Assembly: GCA_963662655.2 (NCBI GenBank) | Contig: CAXXTU010000002.1 | Span: 2,272,001 to 2,336,000 of the forward strand | Reading direction: 5' to 3' | Length of the DNA stretch: 64,000 nucleotides | DNA from: Candidatus Cloacimonadales bacterium | GTDB taxonomy: Bacteria; Cloacimonadota; Cloacimonadia; Cloacimonadales; JAIOQZ01 | Part shown: in pieces, positions 20,771-31,900 of the stretch | Position numbering within the stretch: position 1 is the stretch's first letter | How the letters are laid out: every line of letters begins with the position of its first letter | Notes under the pieces: generated by a model | What the model was told of the DNA's origin: nothing | What the model saw: the letters and a program-made list of their open reading frames with translations, nothing else | Databases searched by the model: none | Translations under genes and position numbers: made by a program

Positions 20771-22060
20771 ATGGAACTTAAGTCATTCAACCCATTCAAA
20801 ATGGCACAGGATCAGTTCGATCACATCGCAGATCAATTGGACCTGAGTCAGGCGTCCAGAGACTTGTTGCGCAATCCAATGCGTGAGTATCACATGAGCA
20901 TACCAGTGAAAATGGATGATGGAAGCGTAAAGGTATTCCGTGGATTCCGCGTACAGCACAACGACGCACGAGGTCCGGGAAAAGGCGGAATCAGATTTCA
21001 TCCGCTGGAAACAATCGATACGGTTCGAGCGCTTTCCATGTGGATGACGTGGAAATGCGCCGTTGTAGATATTCCCCTCGGTGGAAGCAAGGGCGGCGTT
21101 ATCTGCGATCCACACAATCTGAGCCTCAGGGAGCAGGAACAGATCTGCCGCGGTTGGGTTCGCCAAATCGCCCACGACGTTGGTCCCCTTCGCGACGTCC
21201 CCGCTCCGGATGTCATGACCAATGCACAACACATGCTGTGGATGCTCGACGAATACGAAGTGATCACCGGAAATCGCTACCCGGGATTCATCACTGGTAA
21301 ACCGGTGGGTATGGGCGGATCTCTCGGAAGAACGGAAGCGACCGGCTACGGCGTCGTGTTCACCCTGCGTGAAGCGCTTCGCGAACTCGACATCAAGCCT
21401 TCAGACACCACAGCGGCCGTTCAGGGATTCGGAAACGTCTCTCAATACGCCATCGAGCTTTACAATCAACTCGGCGGAACGGTTCTTTGCGTATCCTGCT
21501 GGGACCAGGAAGAACAGAAGTCGTTTACCTACCTCAAAAAAAGCGGCGTCGTTCTCTCCGAACTGCGCGACATCACCGACCGCTTCGGCGGAATCGATCG
21601 TAACAAGGCAAGAGCGCTCGGTTATGAAATTCTCCCTGGCAGTGAATGGATGACACAGGATGTCGATATCCTCATGCCATGCGCGATGGAAAACCAGATT
21701 ACTGGCGAGAACGTCAATTCCATCAGCCCCCAGGTTAAGATCATTGCCGAGGGAGCCAATGGCCCGACAACACCGGACGCGGACAAAGTTCTTCGCCAAC
21801 GCGGCATCTTCCTGATCCCCGATTTCCTCGCCAACGCCGGTGGCGTTACTTGCAGCTACTTCGAACAGGTACAATGCAACATGAACTACTACTGGGAGAA
21901 GGATGAAGTCCTCAGCAAACTGGATGTCAAGATGACCTCCGCGTTCCTGGATGTCTCCTCCCTTGCCCGTAAGAAAAATCTCTATATGCGGGATGCCGCC
22001 TACATTATTTCGATAAGCAGAGTCGCCCAGGCGTGCAAAGAGCGCGGCTGGATCGAATAG
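20771..22060 (+). CDS. gdhA: Glutamate dehydrogenase (Glu/Leu/Phe/Val family)
   Basis: RVQHNDARGPGKGGIRFHP, GGSKGG, DVPAPD, GRTEATGYG, QGFGNV, EGANGP, PDFLANAGGV. Confidence 0.95.
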   Translation: MELKSFNPFKMAQDQFDHIADQLDLSQASRDLLRNPMREYHMSIPVKMDDGSVKVFRGFRVQHNDARGPGKGGIRFHPLETIDTVRALSMWMTWKCAVVDIPLGGSKGGVICDPHNLSLREQEQICRGWVRQIAHDVGPLRDVPAPDVMTNAQHMLWMLDEYEVITGNRYPGFITGKPVGMGGSLGRTEATGYGVVFTLREALRELDIKPSDTTAAVQGFGNVSQYAIELYNQLGGTVLCVSCWDQEEQKSFTYLKKSGVVLSELRDITDRFGGIDRNKARALGYEILPGSEWMTQDVDILMPCAMENQITGENVNSISPQVKIIAEGANGPTTPDADKVLRQRGIFLIPDFLANAGGVTCSYFEQVQCNMNYYWEKDEVLSKLDVKMTSAFLDVSSLARKKNLYMRDAAYIISISRVAQACKERGWIE

Positions 22061-22083
22061 ATTTTCCTGAAAAACACCTCTGT

Positions 22084-22117
22084 AGCCGTCACGCGGAACC
22101 CAGACCGCGTGACGGCT
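22084..22117 (+). other. Strong intercistronic stem-loop after gdhA
   Basis: AGCCGTCACGCGG-N8-CCGCGTGACGGCT, a perfect 13-bp stem with no U-tract. Confidence 0.6.
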
Positions 22118-22139
22118 CTCCAAAAAATGAGGAGAAGAG

Positions 22140-23873
22140 ATGCACAGCACATGCAATGAACCCCTTTTCGACCGCTCCAGGCCGGTTTCGAAGCCATTCA
22201 CATTCATCGGAGAAGGCAAAGCCGGAGGCAAAGCCCAAGGTCTCATCGACATCCAGCAAAGCCTCGAAGACGAAATTCCCGTTGATGGCCTGCATGGAAT
22301 CACGGTTTCCATACCCCACATGACGGTTATTCGTACCGATGTCTTCGATCTGTTTATGCAGCAAAACCACCTGTACGATATCGCACTCTCCGGGAACGAC
22401 GACGAATACATCGCGCACGAATTCCAGAAAGCGAGCCTGCCCTCCTTCATCGTGGGCGACCTTCGTGCACTGGTGACCAACTGCAATCTCCCGCTGGCCG
22501 TACGTTCTTCCAGCATGCTGGAGGACTCGTGCAAAGAACCTTTTGCCGGCGTTTACGCTACCAAAATGATCCCAAACAACCAGCAGGACGTCGAAAAAAG
22601 GTTTCGTAAACTCACCGAAGCCATCAAGCTCGTGTGGTCGTCGATGTTCTTCAAGGAATCCGCCGACTACTTCCTGGCCACGGGAAAGGACATCCGTGAC
22701 GAGAAGATGGCGATCGTTATTCAAGAAGTGATCGGAAACAGATACAAAGATCGCTATTACCCGGTTGTATCCGGTGTTGGGCGCTCATTCAACTTCTATC
22801 CCACTGGCAACGCACGGCCTGAGGATGGTGTCGTCAACCTTGCACTGGGGCTTGGAAAAACCATCGTAGACAACGGGATATCCTGGACCTACTCCCCCTG
22901 CTATCCCGCCGCCCCTGCCCCATTCAACGGAATCAGGGCCCTCATGAACATGACCCAGACTCGTTTTTTCGCGGTCAACATGGGACACATCCCCGAGTTC
23001 AACCCAATCAAGGAATCCGAATTCCTTTCGACCGCATCCCTGAAAGACGCGGAGCAAGACGGTACGCTGACTCACCTCTGCTCCTCGTGGGACTATGAAA
23101 ACGACCGGATTGTGACAGGACTCTACGGTAAATCGGCGCGTATCCTCAACTTCTCTCCCATCTTGCAGGCGCGCACCATCCACCTCAACGACGCCATCCT
23201 CAGGCTGTTGGATATCTGTGAAAAGAAATACGGTACCCACGTGGAAATTGAATTCGCAATGATGTACGATCGCGAAACTGGCCGGAAGCCTCACATCGGG
23301 TTTCTGCAAGTTCGTCCGATGAACGTATCTTCCACCTTTGTCGATCTCGATGAAATCAAATCGCCGGACAACCGTTTCCTGCTCGAGGAAGCCGAAAGCA
23401 TGGGCAACGGAATCCGCGAGGATATCCAGGACATCGTGTTTGTAGACCCCGGCATGTTCTCGTCGTCGCAGACAAGAGAAATCGCCGGAGAGGTCGAGCA
23501 ACTGAATCGAACGCTCCTAGACAGCAAACGTCCGTACCTGTTGATCGGGTTCGGCAGATGGGGATCGTCGGATTCCTGGCTGGGCATTCCCGTGACCTGG
23601 AGGCAGATATCCGGCGCTGCGACAATCGTGGAATCGACCCTTCCCGGGATGATACCGGAGCTGAGCCAGGGATCGCATTTCTTCCACAACATGATCGCCT
23701 TCAACGTCTTTTACTTTACAATTCGGGACGAGGGCGGATTAAAGATTGACTGGGAATGGCTCATGTCCCTTCCTGTAGAAAACCAAACCAGGCACGTTCG
23801 TCACGTACGGCTGGATGCACCTCTGAAGGTCGTTGCTGACGGACGCAAGAAAAAAGGGATGATCATACGATGA
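22140..23873 (+). CDS. PEP/pyruvate-binding (PPDK_N) domain protein
   Basis: GGKAQGL, PLAVRSSSMLED..FAGVY, MAIVIQEV, GLGKTIVD, FLQVRP; no His-carrier or PEP-utiliser C-terminal domain recognisable. Confidence 0.85.
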   Translation: MHSTCNEPLFDRSRPVSKPFTFIGEGKAGGKAQGLIDIQQSLEDEIPVDGLHGITVSIPHMTVIRTDVFDLFMQQNHLYDIALSGNDDEYIAHEFQKASLPSFIVGDLRALVTNCNLPLAVRSSSMLEDSCKEPFAGVYATKMIPNNQQDVEKRFRKLTEAIKLVWSSMFFKESADYFLATGKDIRDEKMAIVIQEVIGNRYKDRYYPVVSGVGRSFNFYPTGNARPEDGVVNLALGLGKTIVDNGISWTYSPCYPAAPAPFNGIRALMNMTQTRFFAVNMGHIPEFNPIKESEFLSTASLKDAEQDGTLTHLCSSWDYENDRIVTGLYGKSARILNFSPILQARTIHLNDAILRLLDICEKKYGTHVEIEFAMMYDRETGRKPHIGFLQVRPMNVSSTFVDLDEIKSPDNRFLLEEAESMGNGIREDIQDIVFVDPGMFSSSQTREIAGEVEQLNRTLLDSKRPYLLIGFGRWGSSDSWLGIPVTWRQISGAATIVESTLPGMIPELSQGSHFFHNMIAFNVFYFTIRDEGGLKIDWEWLMSLPVENQTRHVRHVRLDAPLKVVADGRKKKGMIIR

Positions 23874-26800
23874 CGGGATACGACGAAAATCTCAAGCAAC
23901 TGCTGAATAGTCTGAACGAACGCGCAAAAGAGCTGAACTGCCTATACCGTGTCGATGAGACACTGCGCAACGAAAAGCAGTCCCTCGCCGAGACCATGAA
24001 CAAGCTGGTAAAAATCATTCCCGACGGCTGGCAGCATTGCGATATCTGTCAGGTGAAGGTTTCGCTCAACGGGGATCGATTCCAGACAACGGATTTCCAC
24101 GATTCACAGTGGTCACAAATCGCTCCTATACTGGTCAACCAGAAGAAGGTCGGCGAGATACAGATCAGCTACAGCCGGGATACCGGTCACGTAAACCCGT
24201 TCCTCAAAGAGGAAGAAAAACTGCTTCACACGATCGCCGATAAAATCAGCGATTACCTGCACCGCCAGGAATTGAAACAGACTATCGACGAATGGCGCAT
24301 GGTTCGCGCCTCCATCGCTTCCAGCGAGCGCACCGACTGGAAAGTCATCATCGACTTACTCCTGCGAACCGACACCGAAGCATACCTCAGAATCGCACGC
24401 AAGATGATGAACTACCTCTACTGGATCGGCAGCGACGAAGCGATCTCTCAACTGGAAACGCTCGAATTGCAGGAGATGGAGAACCAGACAGAATTGCAGC
24501 TCTTCGCCAACAAGCCCATGAACCGCCAGGACAAGAAATTCATTCTGGAGCGGAACCACAAGGTTTTCGACATCGCCGAGAACTTCCTTTCCGGTGAAGA
24601 AATCCTCGATAATCTCCAGAAATGGATTCAAGAAGACCGTATCAGCTTCTTCGTGCTGGCACTGGAAGACCTGGCAACCTCGCTCAGCGATATTCAGAAC
24701 GCGCTCGCTCGCTACTACTCGCTTGGACTGGACAAAATCGAGCTCACCCAGTACACGCGCAAGAACATCAACGTCCTCTTGATCCTGCGCTTCTTCACCG
24801 ACCAGCTCGAATTCATCAACATCGCGAAGGATTTTATCCGGGTGGACGCCTTTCAGTCGCTCATCCAGCACATGATCTTCCCCAACAACAGCCATGGCAA
24901 GCTCGGTGGGAAGAGCGCCGGAATCTTTCTGGCGCACAGCATCCTCGAGAAGGAGATCGGCGATTCGCTACAAAACATCGATATCCGCTACCCGAAGACA
25001 TGGTACATCACTTCCGACACCATGCACAGGTTCCTCTATTACAACAACCTCAAGGAGATCATCGAGCAGAAGTACAAGGACATCGAACAGGTACGGGAGG
25101 AATACGGAAACGTAATCCAGATGTTCAAGAACAGCCACTTCCCCCCCGAGATCGTGAAAGACCTTTCGAGAGCGCTCGACGATTTCGGCGACCATCCTAT
25201 CATCGTCCGGAGTTCAAGCCTGCTCGAAGATCGAGTGGGAGCAGCCTTTTCTGGCAAATACAAAAGCCTCTTCCTCGCCAATCAGGGGAGCAAGCCGGAG
25301 CGCTTAAACGCACTAATGGACGCCATTTCAGAAGTGTATGCATCCACATTCGGGCCCGACCCCATCGTCTATCGCAAGGAGCGCGGCCTCCTCGACTTCC
25401 ATGAAGAAATGGCCATCATCATCCAGGAGGTGGTGGGAGCGCGGATCGGGAAATACTTCCTTCCCGCCTTTGCCGGGGTTGCCTTCAGCAACAACGAATT
25501 CCGGTGGTCGCCCCGCATCAGTCGCGAGGACGGTCTGATCCGCATCGTTCCCGGCCTGGGAACCCGCGCTGTCGATCGCCTGAGCGACGACTTCCCCATC
25601 CTGATCGCCCCCGGGCGTCCCAATCTCCGCGTGAATGTATCCGACGACGAAATCCTCCGTTACGCCCCGCGCAAGATCGATCTGATCAACCTCGAGAAGA
25701 ACACCTTCGAAACGGTCGAAGCAAGCGATTTGATCAGGCAATACGGTGAAGAATACCCCATGATCGAGCAAGTCGTTTCCATCAACCAGAAACCGAGTAT
25801 TGTCACAAAAAACCGCTTCAGTATCGACTTCGAGAATGACGACGCTGTCGTGACTTTCCACGGGCTCACTGCCGGCACCCCCGAGAAAGGCAACTACGTG
25901 CTGCTGATCAAGGAAATCCTGCAAATCCTCAAAGAGAAGATGGGCGTGCCCGTGGACATCGAGTTCGCATGTGACGGAAAAGCGCTATACCTCCTGCAAT
26001 GTCGTTCGCAGAGCGCCGATGAGACGCAGGTCGCAGCGAGCATTCCCAAGGATGTGCCGGAGAAGGACATTCTATTCACGGCGCGGAAGTATATTTCGAA
26101 CGGCTATATCCCGGAGGTGACGCACATCGTGTACGTCGATCCCGACCGATACAGCAGTCTGAACTCTCTGGAAGAGCTCAAGACCATCGGCAAGGTGGTG
26201 GGAAGGCTCAACGCGATTCTTCCCAAGAGGAAATTCATACTCATGGGGCCCGGGAGATGGGGCAGTCGCGGAGACATCAAACTCGGCGTGAGCGTAACCT
26301 ACGCGGATATCAACAACGCCTCGGTTCTGATCGAAATTGCCCGGAAGAAAGGCCAGTACACGCCCGATCTTTCCTTTGGAACCCACTTTTTCCAGGATCT
26401 GGTGGAATCGTCCATACGCTATCTACCGCTCTATCCGGACGATCCCGACATCCTTTTCAACGCGGGATTCCTGAACGGATCGGAGAACATTCTCTCAAAA
26501 CTTCTGCCCGAGTTTGACTCGCTTTCGGAGACCATCAAGGTTATCGACGTTACTTCGTCCCGTCAGGGGAAGGTGCTCCAGATTCTCATGAATGCCGATC
26601 TCGATGAAGCTCTGGCAAGGTTCACCGATCCCGGCTCAATCGACGGACAAGCGACCGTGAGTGACGATAATCGCTCCGTGCAGCAGGAAAACCACTGGCT
26701 CTGGCGATATCGCATGGCGGAGAGGATCGCCCGGCTGCTTGATGCAGAACGCTTCGGAGTCAAGCACCTGTATATCTTCGGGAGCGTCAAGAATGCCAGT

Positions 26801-27058
26801 GCGGGTCCCGCGAGCGATATCGATCTGCTGATCCACGCGGAAGACGATCCTACCCGCATTCGAAGCCTGATTACCTGGCTGGAAGGGTGGTCGCTGAGCC
26901 TCGCGGAATTCAACTATCTTAAAACGGGATACCGGACGGATGGACTGCTGGACGTGCATATCATCACCGATAAGGATATCGAGAACCGCACCAGCTTTGC
27001 CGTGAAAATCGGCGCCGTCACGGACGCAGCAAGAATCCTCAAGATGAAAGGCCAATGA
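23870..27058 (+). CDS. GAF-like + PPDK_N + C-terminal nucleotidyltransferase fusion protein
   Basis: N-terminal LNERAKELNCLY; GGKSAG, IIVRSSSLLED..FSGKY, LLQCRS; C-terminal LYIFGSVKNASAGPASDIDLLI (GS..DxD). Confidence 0.85.
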   Translation: MTGYDENLKQLLNSLNERAKELNCLYRVDETLRNEKQSLAETMNKLVKIIPDGWQHCDICQVKVSLNGDRFQTTDFHDSQWSQIAPILVNQKKVGEIQISYSRDTGHVNPFLKEEEKLLHTIADKISDYLHRQELKQTIDEWRMVRASIASSERTDWKVIIDLLLRTDTEAYLRIARKMMNYLYWIGSDEAISQLETLELQEMENQTELQLFANKPMNRQDKKFILERNHKVFDIAENFLSGEEILDNLQKWIQEDRISFFVLALEDLATSLSDIQNALARYYSLGLDKIELTQYTRKNINVLLILRFFTDQLEFINIAKDFIRVDAFQSLIQHMIFPNNSHGKLGGKSAGIFLAHSILEKEIGDSLQNIDIRYPKTWYITSDTMHRFLYYNNLKEIIEQKYKDIEQVREEYGNVIQMFKNSHFPPEIVKDLSRALDDFGDHPIIVRSSSLLEDRVGAAFSGKYKSLFLANQGSKPERLNALMDAISEVYASTFGPDPIVYRKERGLLDFHEEMAIIIQEVVGARIGKYFLPAFAGVAFSNNEFRWSPRISREDGLIRIVPGLGTRAVDRLSDDFPILIAPGRPNLRVNVSDDEILRYAPRKIDLINLEKNTFETVEASDLIRQYGEEYPMIEQVVSINQKPSIVTKNRFSIDFENDDAVVTFHGLTAGTPEKGNYVLLIKEILQILKEKMGVPVDIEFACDGKALYLLQCRSQSADETQVAASIPKDVPEKDILFTARKYISNGYIPEVTHIVYVDPDRYSSLNSLEELKTIGKVVGRLNAILPKRKFILMGPGRWGSRGDIKLGVSVTYADINNASVLIEIARKKGQYTPDLSFGTHFFQDLVESSIRYLPLYPDDPDILFNAGFLNGSENILSKLLPEFDSLSETIKVIDVTSSRQGKVLQILMNADLDEALARFTDPGSIDGQATVSDDNRSVQQENHWLWRYRMAERIARLLDAERFGVKHLYIFGSVKNASAGPASDIDLLIHAEDDPTRIRSLITWLEGWSLSLAEFNYLKTGYRTDGLLDVHIITDKDIENRTSFAVKIGAVTDAARILKMKGQ

Positions 27059-27249
27059 GCAATATACAAGCTCCCGACAATAAAACCGAACCGGAAAAAC
27101 CTCAGCAGGAAAAATTCACCGGCGCAACGAACCCGTCTGCCCCTAAAGCGCCACAATTGAAGGGACTATGCATCAACTGCGATTTCAGGGAAACCTGCTG
27201 CCTACCGAAATCGGAAACGGGAGTCTGGTTCTGCGAAGAGTACAGGTAG
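27055..27249 (+). CDS. Small Cys-rich protein
   Basis: KGLCINCDFRETCCLPKSETGVWFCEEY; ATGA overlap with the upstream gene. Confidence 0.7.
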   Translation: MSNIQAPDNKTEPEKPQQEKFTGATNPSAPKAPQLKGLCINCDFRETCCLPKSETGVWFCEEYR

Positions 27250-27521
27250 GGCTACTCTCTCCTTAAATTAAACGTGAAACAACCCTATCTCCTACGATGT
27301 GGACATTAGACTCTGTTACAAACAATTCCGCCAAGAATGACATTTTTTCCAATCTTTTTTCCAGATAACAAATCATACACCCCACATCAACGATATGAAC
27401 AATTCTTTGAAGCTCGACACTTTGTCATTATAACAACACACACCCAAAAAAGAACACATAATTTTTCCCTTGACAATCAAAACACCAGTTAAGCATCTTA
27501 CTGCCCAACAAGGGAGAGACA

Positions 27522-28130
27522 TTGAATAAGTTAATTCGGTTCTATATCAGAAGCATGTCTACCGCTCTATTGGTTATTATTGCGATTATGTTGTTTGTGA
27601 ATCTCCATGTATTACCATTCTTCTCCAATACAATGTTTCGTGGTTTTCTAAAAAATGTCTTACCATCTATTATTATTTTATGGTCTGAGCTATTTGTTAG
27701 GAAAATACTATGGAGGATAAAAGGGATAGGTATCCCAAGACTAGACTTTAACGGTACCTGGAGTGGTAAGACATCTTACGAACAAGAAATGAGTAACAGG
27801 TATAAGGGCTTTTTAAGTGAGCACAAAATGGTAATCGAACAGGATTGCCTGAACATAAGAATACTTTCAACCGATTCCACTGCATATGTGAACTGGGGAT
27901 CAAAAATGGCCGCTGTTCAAGAAGATGATACATTATTATATTATTATTGGGTTAATTATAATATCGATGAGCGCTTTCCTAATAGGAAGGTACATGGGAT
28001 TGAAGAACTAAAGATTGCAAATAATATAAATAATTTGTCGAGACCGAGCAGATTAACAGGAACATTTAACCATTGTTTTGAAAACGACGAACCAACATAC
28101 AAAGGAACTGTTGTGTTTACCAAGGAGTAA
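27522..28130 (+). CDS. Cap15-like 2TM + beta-strand-rich effector (S_2TMBeta/SMODS-associated family)
   Basis: Two N-terminal TM helices, then PRLDFNGTWSG...IEQDCLNIRI...LLYYYWVNY...HGIEELKI...LTGTF...GTVVF, the Cap15 beta-barrel pattern. Confidence 0.7.
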   Translation: MNKLIRFYIRSMSTALLVIIAIMLFVNLHVLPFFSNTMFRGFLKNVLPSIIILWSELFVRKILWRIKGIGIPRLDFNGTWSGKTSYEQEMSNRYKGFLSEHKMVIEQDCLNIRILSTDSTAYVNWGSKMAAVQEDDTLLYYYWVNYNIDERFPNRKVHGIEELKIANNINNLSRPSRLTGTFNHCFENDEPTYKGTVVFTKE

Positions 28131-28132
28131 TT

Positions 28133-28864
28133 ATGAATGTCATTATCGGATCTGTAAATTCAGAAATAGGGAGCACAATTGCTTCCTCATTAGCGCAAGA
28201 TCCCAAAAATTCAGTTATAACAACAGCCAGGAGTGATAGAAGATATTCCATTAGTAATACAATTGAAATCGATAATATTGACCTTACCATGCAGGCTCAT
28301 TGTAACAAAGTTGCTGCTATAATCGACAATCAGTTTATTAGTTATTTCTCGTATATACATGCAGCCGGAGATTTCTGGAATCATAAACGATTGATTGATA
28401 CAGAATATAACGAAATTGTAGACATGATGAATTCACATTGGTTATCATTCGTGCAAATATCAAAAGCGTTGATCCCATTGATGATGAAGAAGGGAGGGGG
28501 AAGGTTTATAACATTCAGCTGTAATTCAGTTGGCTATTGTTATCCTGATATGCTCCCCTTTACTAGCTCAAAAGCTGCTTTGGAATGTTCCGTGAAAATA
28601 ATCAGCAATGAATATATGCGACACAATATATCAGCTCTCGCGATTTCTCTCCCAACAATCCTTACAGACAGAGTGAAACAAGAAAAACCGAATGGAGATC
28701 ATGCCAATTATCTTACTATCGATGAGGTTTCATCGTTCGTAGTAAATGATGTATTGCCGGCCAATCCACATTGTACAGGCACAATCTTGAAAATTGTGAA
28801 ATACAGCCCCACTTTTTACAATGATGGCTACTATGAAAGAAATCCTATAGCCTCCAAGCAGTAA
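28133..28864 (+). CDS. Short-chain dehydrogenase/reductase (atypical)
   Basis: IIGSVNSEIG Rossmann motif, HAAG, catalytic region PFTSSKAAL (F where the YxxxK Tyr is expected); 2 bp after the Cap15-like gene. Confidence 0.8.
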   Translation: MNVIIGSVNSEIGSTIASSLAQDPKNSVITTARSDRRYSISNTIEIDNIDLTMQAHCNKVAAIIDNQFISYFSYIHAAGDFWNHKRLIDTEYNEIVDMMNSHWLSFVQISKALIPLMMKKGGGRFITFSCNSVGYCYPDMLPFTSSKAALECSVKIISNEYMRHNISALAISLPTILTDRVKQEKPNGDHANYLTIDEVSSFVVNDVLPANPHCTGTILKIVKYSPTFYNDGYYERNPIASKQ

Positions 28865-28963
28865 AGTGCAAACAATCCAGTGGAAATGATCCTGATGGCG
28901 AAAGACAATTGTATATGCTCGAATCGGACTGATGCGGAGTTGACTTTGCTAAACCTATCTTTT

Positions 28964-31900
28964 TTAAATATCATCAAAGAAGAACAACCGATTATTGACA
29001 TCCATACTATCCTTCTTGTATGACTTGAGGAGATCATTTCTTATGATTGCCAATTCGTGACCGCTTTTCAGTAAACTGCTTCTGAAACGCCGATCCGAAT
29101 AAGCACTATCGTTCATGATTCGATAGTAATTTTTCTTTACCTTTCCAGAGGGTCTCAAATATGTGTTTGTGAATTCATCGAGTAAATCCTTTTCGATCGA
29201 GAAACTATACGTCAATCTGTTTGTTCCATCCGCAGCAATCAGGTAATAGTGATCCAGACACTTCAGCATTGGTTCTTCCGATGAACCATTGTTACCTCCA
29301 TCAACTGTCCGGATAATGATGAAGAGACTATACCTCCCGTCTTTGCTTATGTTGCTTAATGGCTTACCTCCTTTGGGAGAATGTGCACGATTAAATCTTG
29401 ATGTATATGTATGATCCTTAGTATACCTTTTATTGAGGAATTGATTGAGCTTCACCATATACAAGAACCAGTTATCGGTTGGAACCAGATCAAAAATTTC
29501 TTCAGAACCTGCATTAGCCCACGTTATTAATCCGCCGCCCTTTTTTATCTTCATACCCAATATTGCACCGAAGTGCTCAACTTCTTTCCTTTTCTCCATA
29601 CACCTGTTCACCATCCCCAATTCACCTCTGTAGCGTTTCTTCTCGGAGTTGCTGGCTGCAGATTCTTCTTTTAGTCTATCTTCAATATCTTTGTACTTAT
29701 TCTTATCCCATAACCTCATATAGAACCTCTTCTGGGCCCTTCCATTGTTTCCACATGGAATACTTGTTGAAAACTCGATCAAAGGAAGCAGATTGTATTC
29801 AGCCGCCTCAGGCAGGTCAGTCATATCCCACATCATCAGATCGCATAACGCAGTACTGAATGTCCCAGGGATATCGTTCCCATCACCCCAAATATTGATG
29901 TGGACACGTTCCGGTAAATCTGACATTGTCCGTGACGATGCAGTAACTGGCTTCGTGTGAATACTCCCTTTTGCCCTTGTTGGAATATTCTTGTGCTTGA
30001 GAAAAGCTGAAATAGTACATCCGGTTAAGACTGCGCTGTTATTGGGACATGGGTCGTGAAGTTCTGGACCCTTCGGCAAGTATTTTGATACGGGCCTCAA
30101 CGCCTCTTGGAATTTACCCAGCGATCCGTCAGAGGTATTTATATAACATGCCTCGATTGCTTCGCCAATGTTCGAGGGCTGCTGCTCAGTCAAGAATGCT
30201 GTTCCAGTGAAAATGAAAGTTTGCTGGAAATGCCTTTCTTTGTATGAATAGCAGAAACTGAAGCTTGGGCGAAGTGATGGCAATTTCTCCGAAACGATGT
30301 ATTCCTTGTGATTCAATGTAGCTAGCAACATCGCTAAGGATCCTGCTTTATCACTCAAGCAAAAAGTAATTTCAGCTTCGAGTTGATCTTTTTCTGAATC
30401 TTGATCGTTATCCATCATCCCCAAAATATCCATTTTCCTGACGATCCACTCTCTTCGGCTGTCTTCGATAGTAGTGAATAAGGCTCGAATCATGGAAGCA
30501 TTTTGATTTGAAGCCACTGAATTTCTAGTGATATTTGCTTCGAGCGGTAAGGGTGTTGGAAATCCTCTAAGCTCCAATTCTGGTTGATTATACATTAAGT
30601 ACTTCATAAGCTGTTCGTTTGCATAAACACGGTCCTGGTAATTGGCCGAAACAATCATGGATGGCAGCGGCTTACGCATGGATTCATGTCCGATATTGAA
30701 AACATTCATTGCCCGGTTGAGAAGTGATGAACACCCGTATGGATCTTTATCGAGAAAAACAATTAAATCTGGATAGCGATCCGTTTCATCGAGAAGCTTC
30801 ACTAATTCAGCATAGTTTTCGAAGTTGTAAAGGTTGTTGTGATAGACTGGGATTCTTGCCAGATCATGTTCAAGATCAGAGTTATGTCTGCGAACAGGAA
30901 AAAACTCCCAATACAAGAATTTCTCGTAAGATTCTTGCTTTGAGGCATCAAATTGCTTAAACGAATTACTGAACAATTTACTCTTGCTGAATGGTTTGTA
31001 TTCATCCAGTAGATCCTTATCGTTCGTAAAAATCGTACACGCGTGATTGAGGTATTCGATTGCTTGCCGAAACTCGATTCCGATTGTCTCCATCGATAGA
31101 ATAATGGCGCGAAGAATGGAGTATACCACCTTCCCTTCTCCAATGAAGAGGAAATTCGGCATATTCGGATACACGTCTTGACTGTACAAATTGTTCTCGA
31201 TTTTTGTGTTCTTGTACAGATACTGCATAAACCAAATGATAATTCTCTGCGATATGCTAATCCCTTCTATGCTTTCAGAGTTGATTAGGTATGTAGAGCT
31301 TTTATGAGTTAAAGCGGTAATCAGATCGTACAATGGCGAGTTGTATTGCGAAAAGATTTTCTTAGGAGGGTGGCGGAGTGAAGCGAGGGCCATTGCGATC
31401 TCATTGTTATGAATGGTACAATCGACAAGCTTCGCTTTCTGGAAGTTCGCGGTGTGACGAATCGTAGGATGGACAACATTCCCCGATATGGCGATGAATA
31501 GTCCCTGTTCAAAATCACGCCAGGGGCAGAAAAAACCAACTGAGTAGTCCGGCGATTTTTCGAATAGCATACGGAAATTCGATTCATCCTGGTCGATTAT
31601 CAGCACTTTGGTCGACACAATGTAGAAATTGAAATTCTCATCGATGATAACTCGAAATGAGCGATCACTAAATTTCGTGGGATCCTTTAATTGCAGATAG
31701 CCCGAGAGCAATTTTCTGAAAAATCGGGAAAGACTGTTGATGATTTTCATGGGATCTTTGGGCTTCAAAAAAGAGGGAAGATTTTGTAAGATGAGTAGAA
31801 GAGTCTCATGGCTGTTTCGATAATCGGGCTCATAGCCTCTTTCATGCATATGAATATCCGGGAAAATGGTTCTGAGTATATTCCGCCCCAAGCTTCTCAT

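Noticed and set aside
26700..27058. C-terminal nucleotidyltransferase as the CD-NTase for the nearby Cap15-like gene
   Set aside because: It is a minimal NTase fused to a PPDK_N protein in the GC-richer gdh operon, separated from the island by another gene and an AT-rich intergenic region; no CD-NTase C-lobe is evident.
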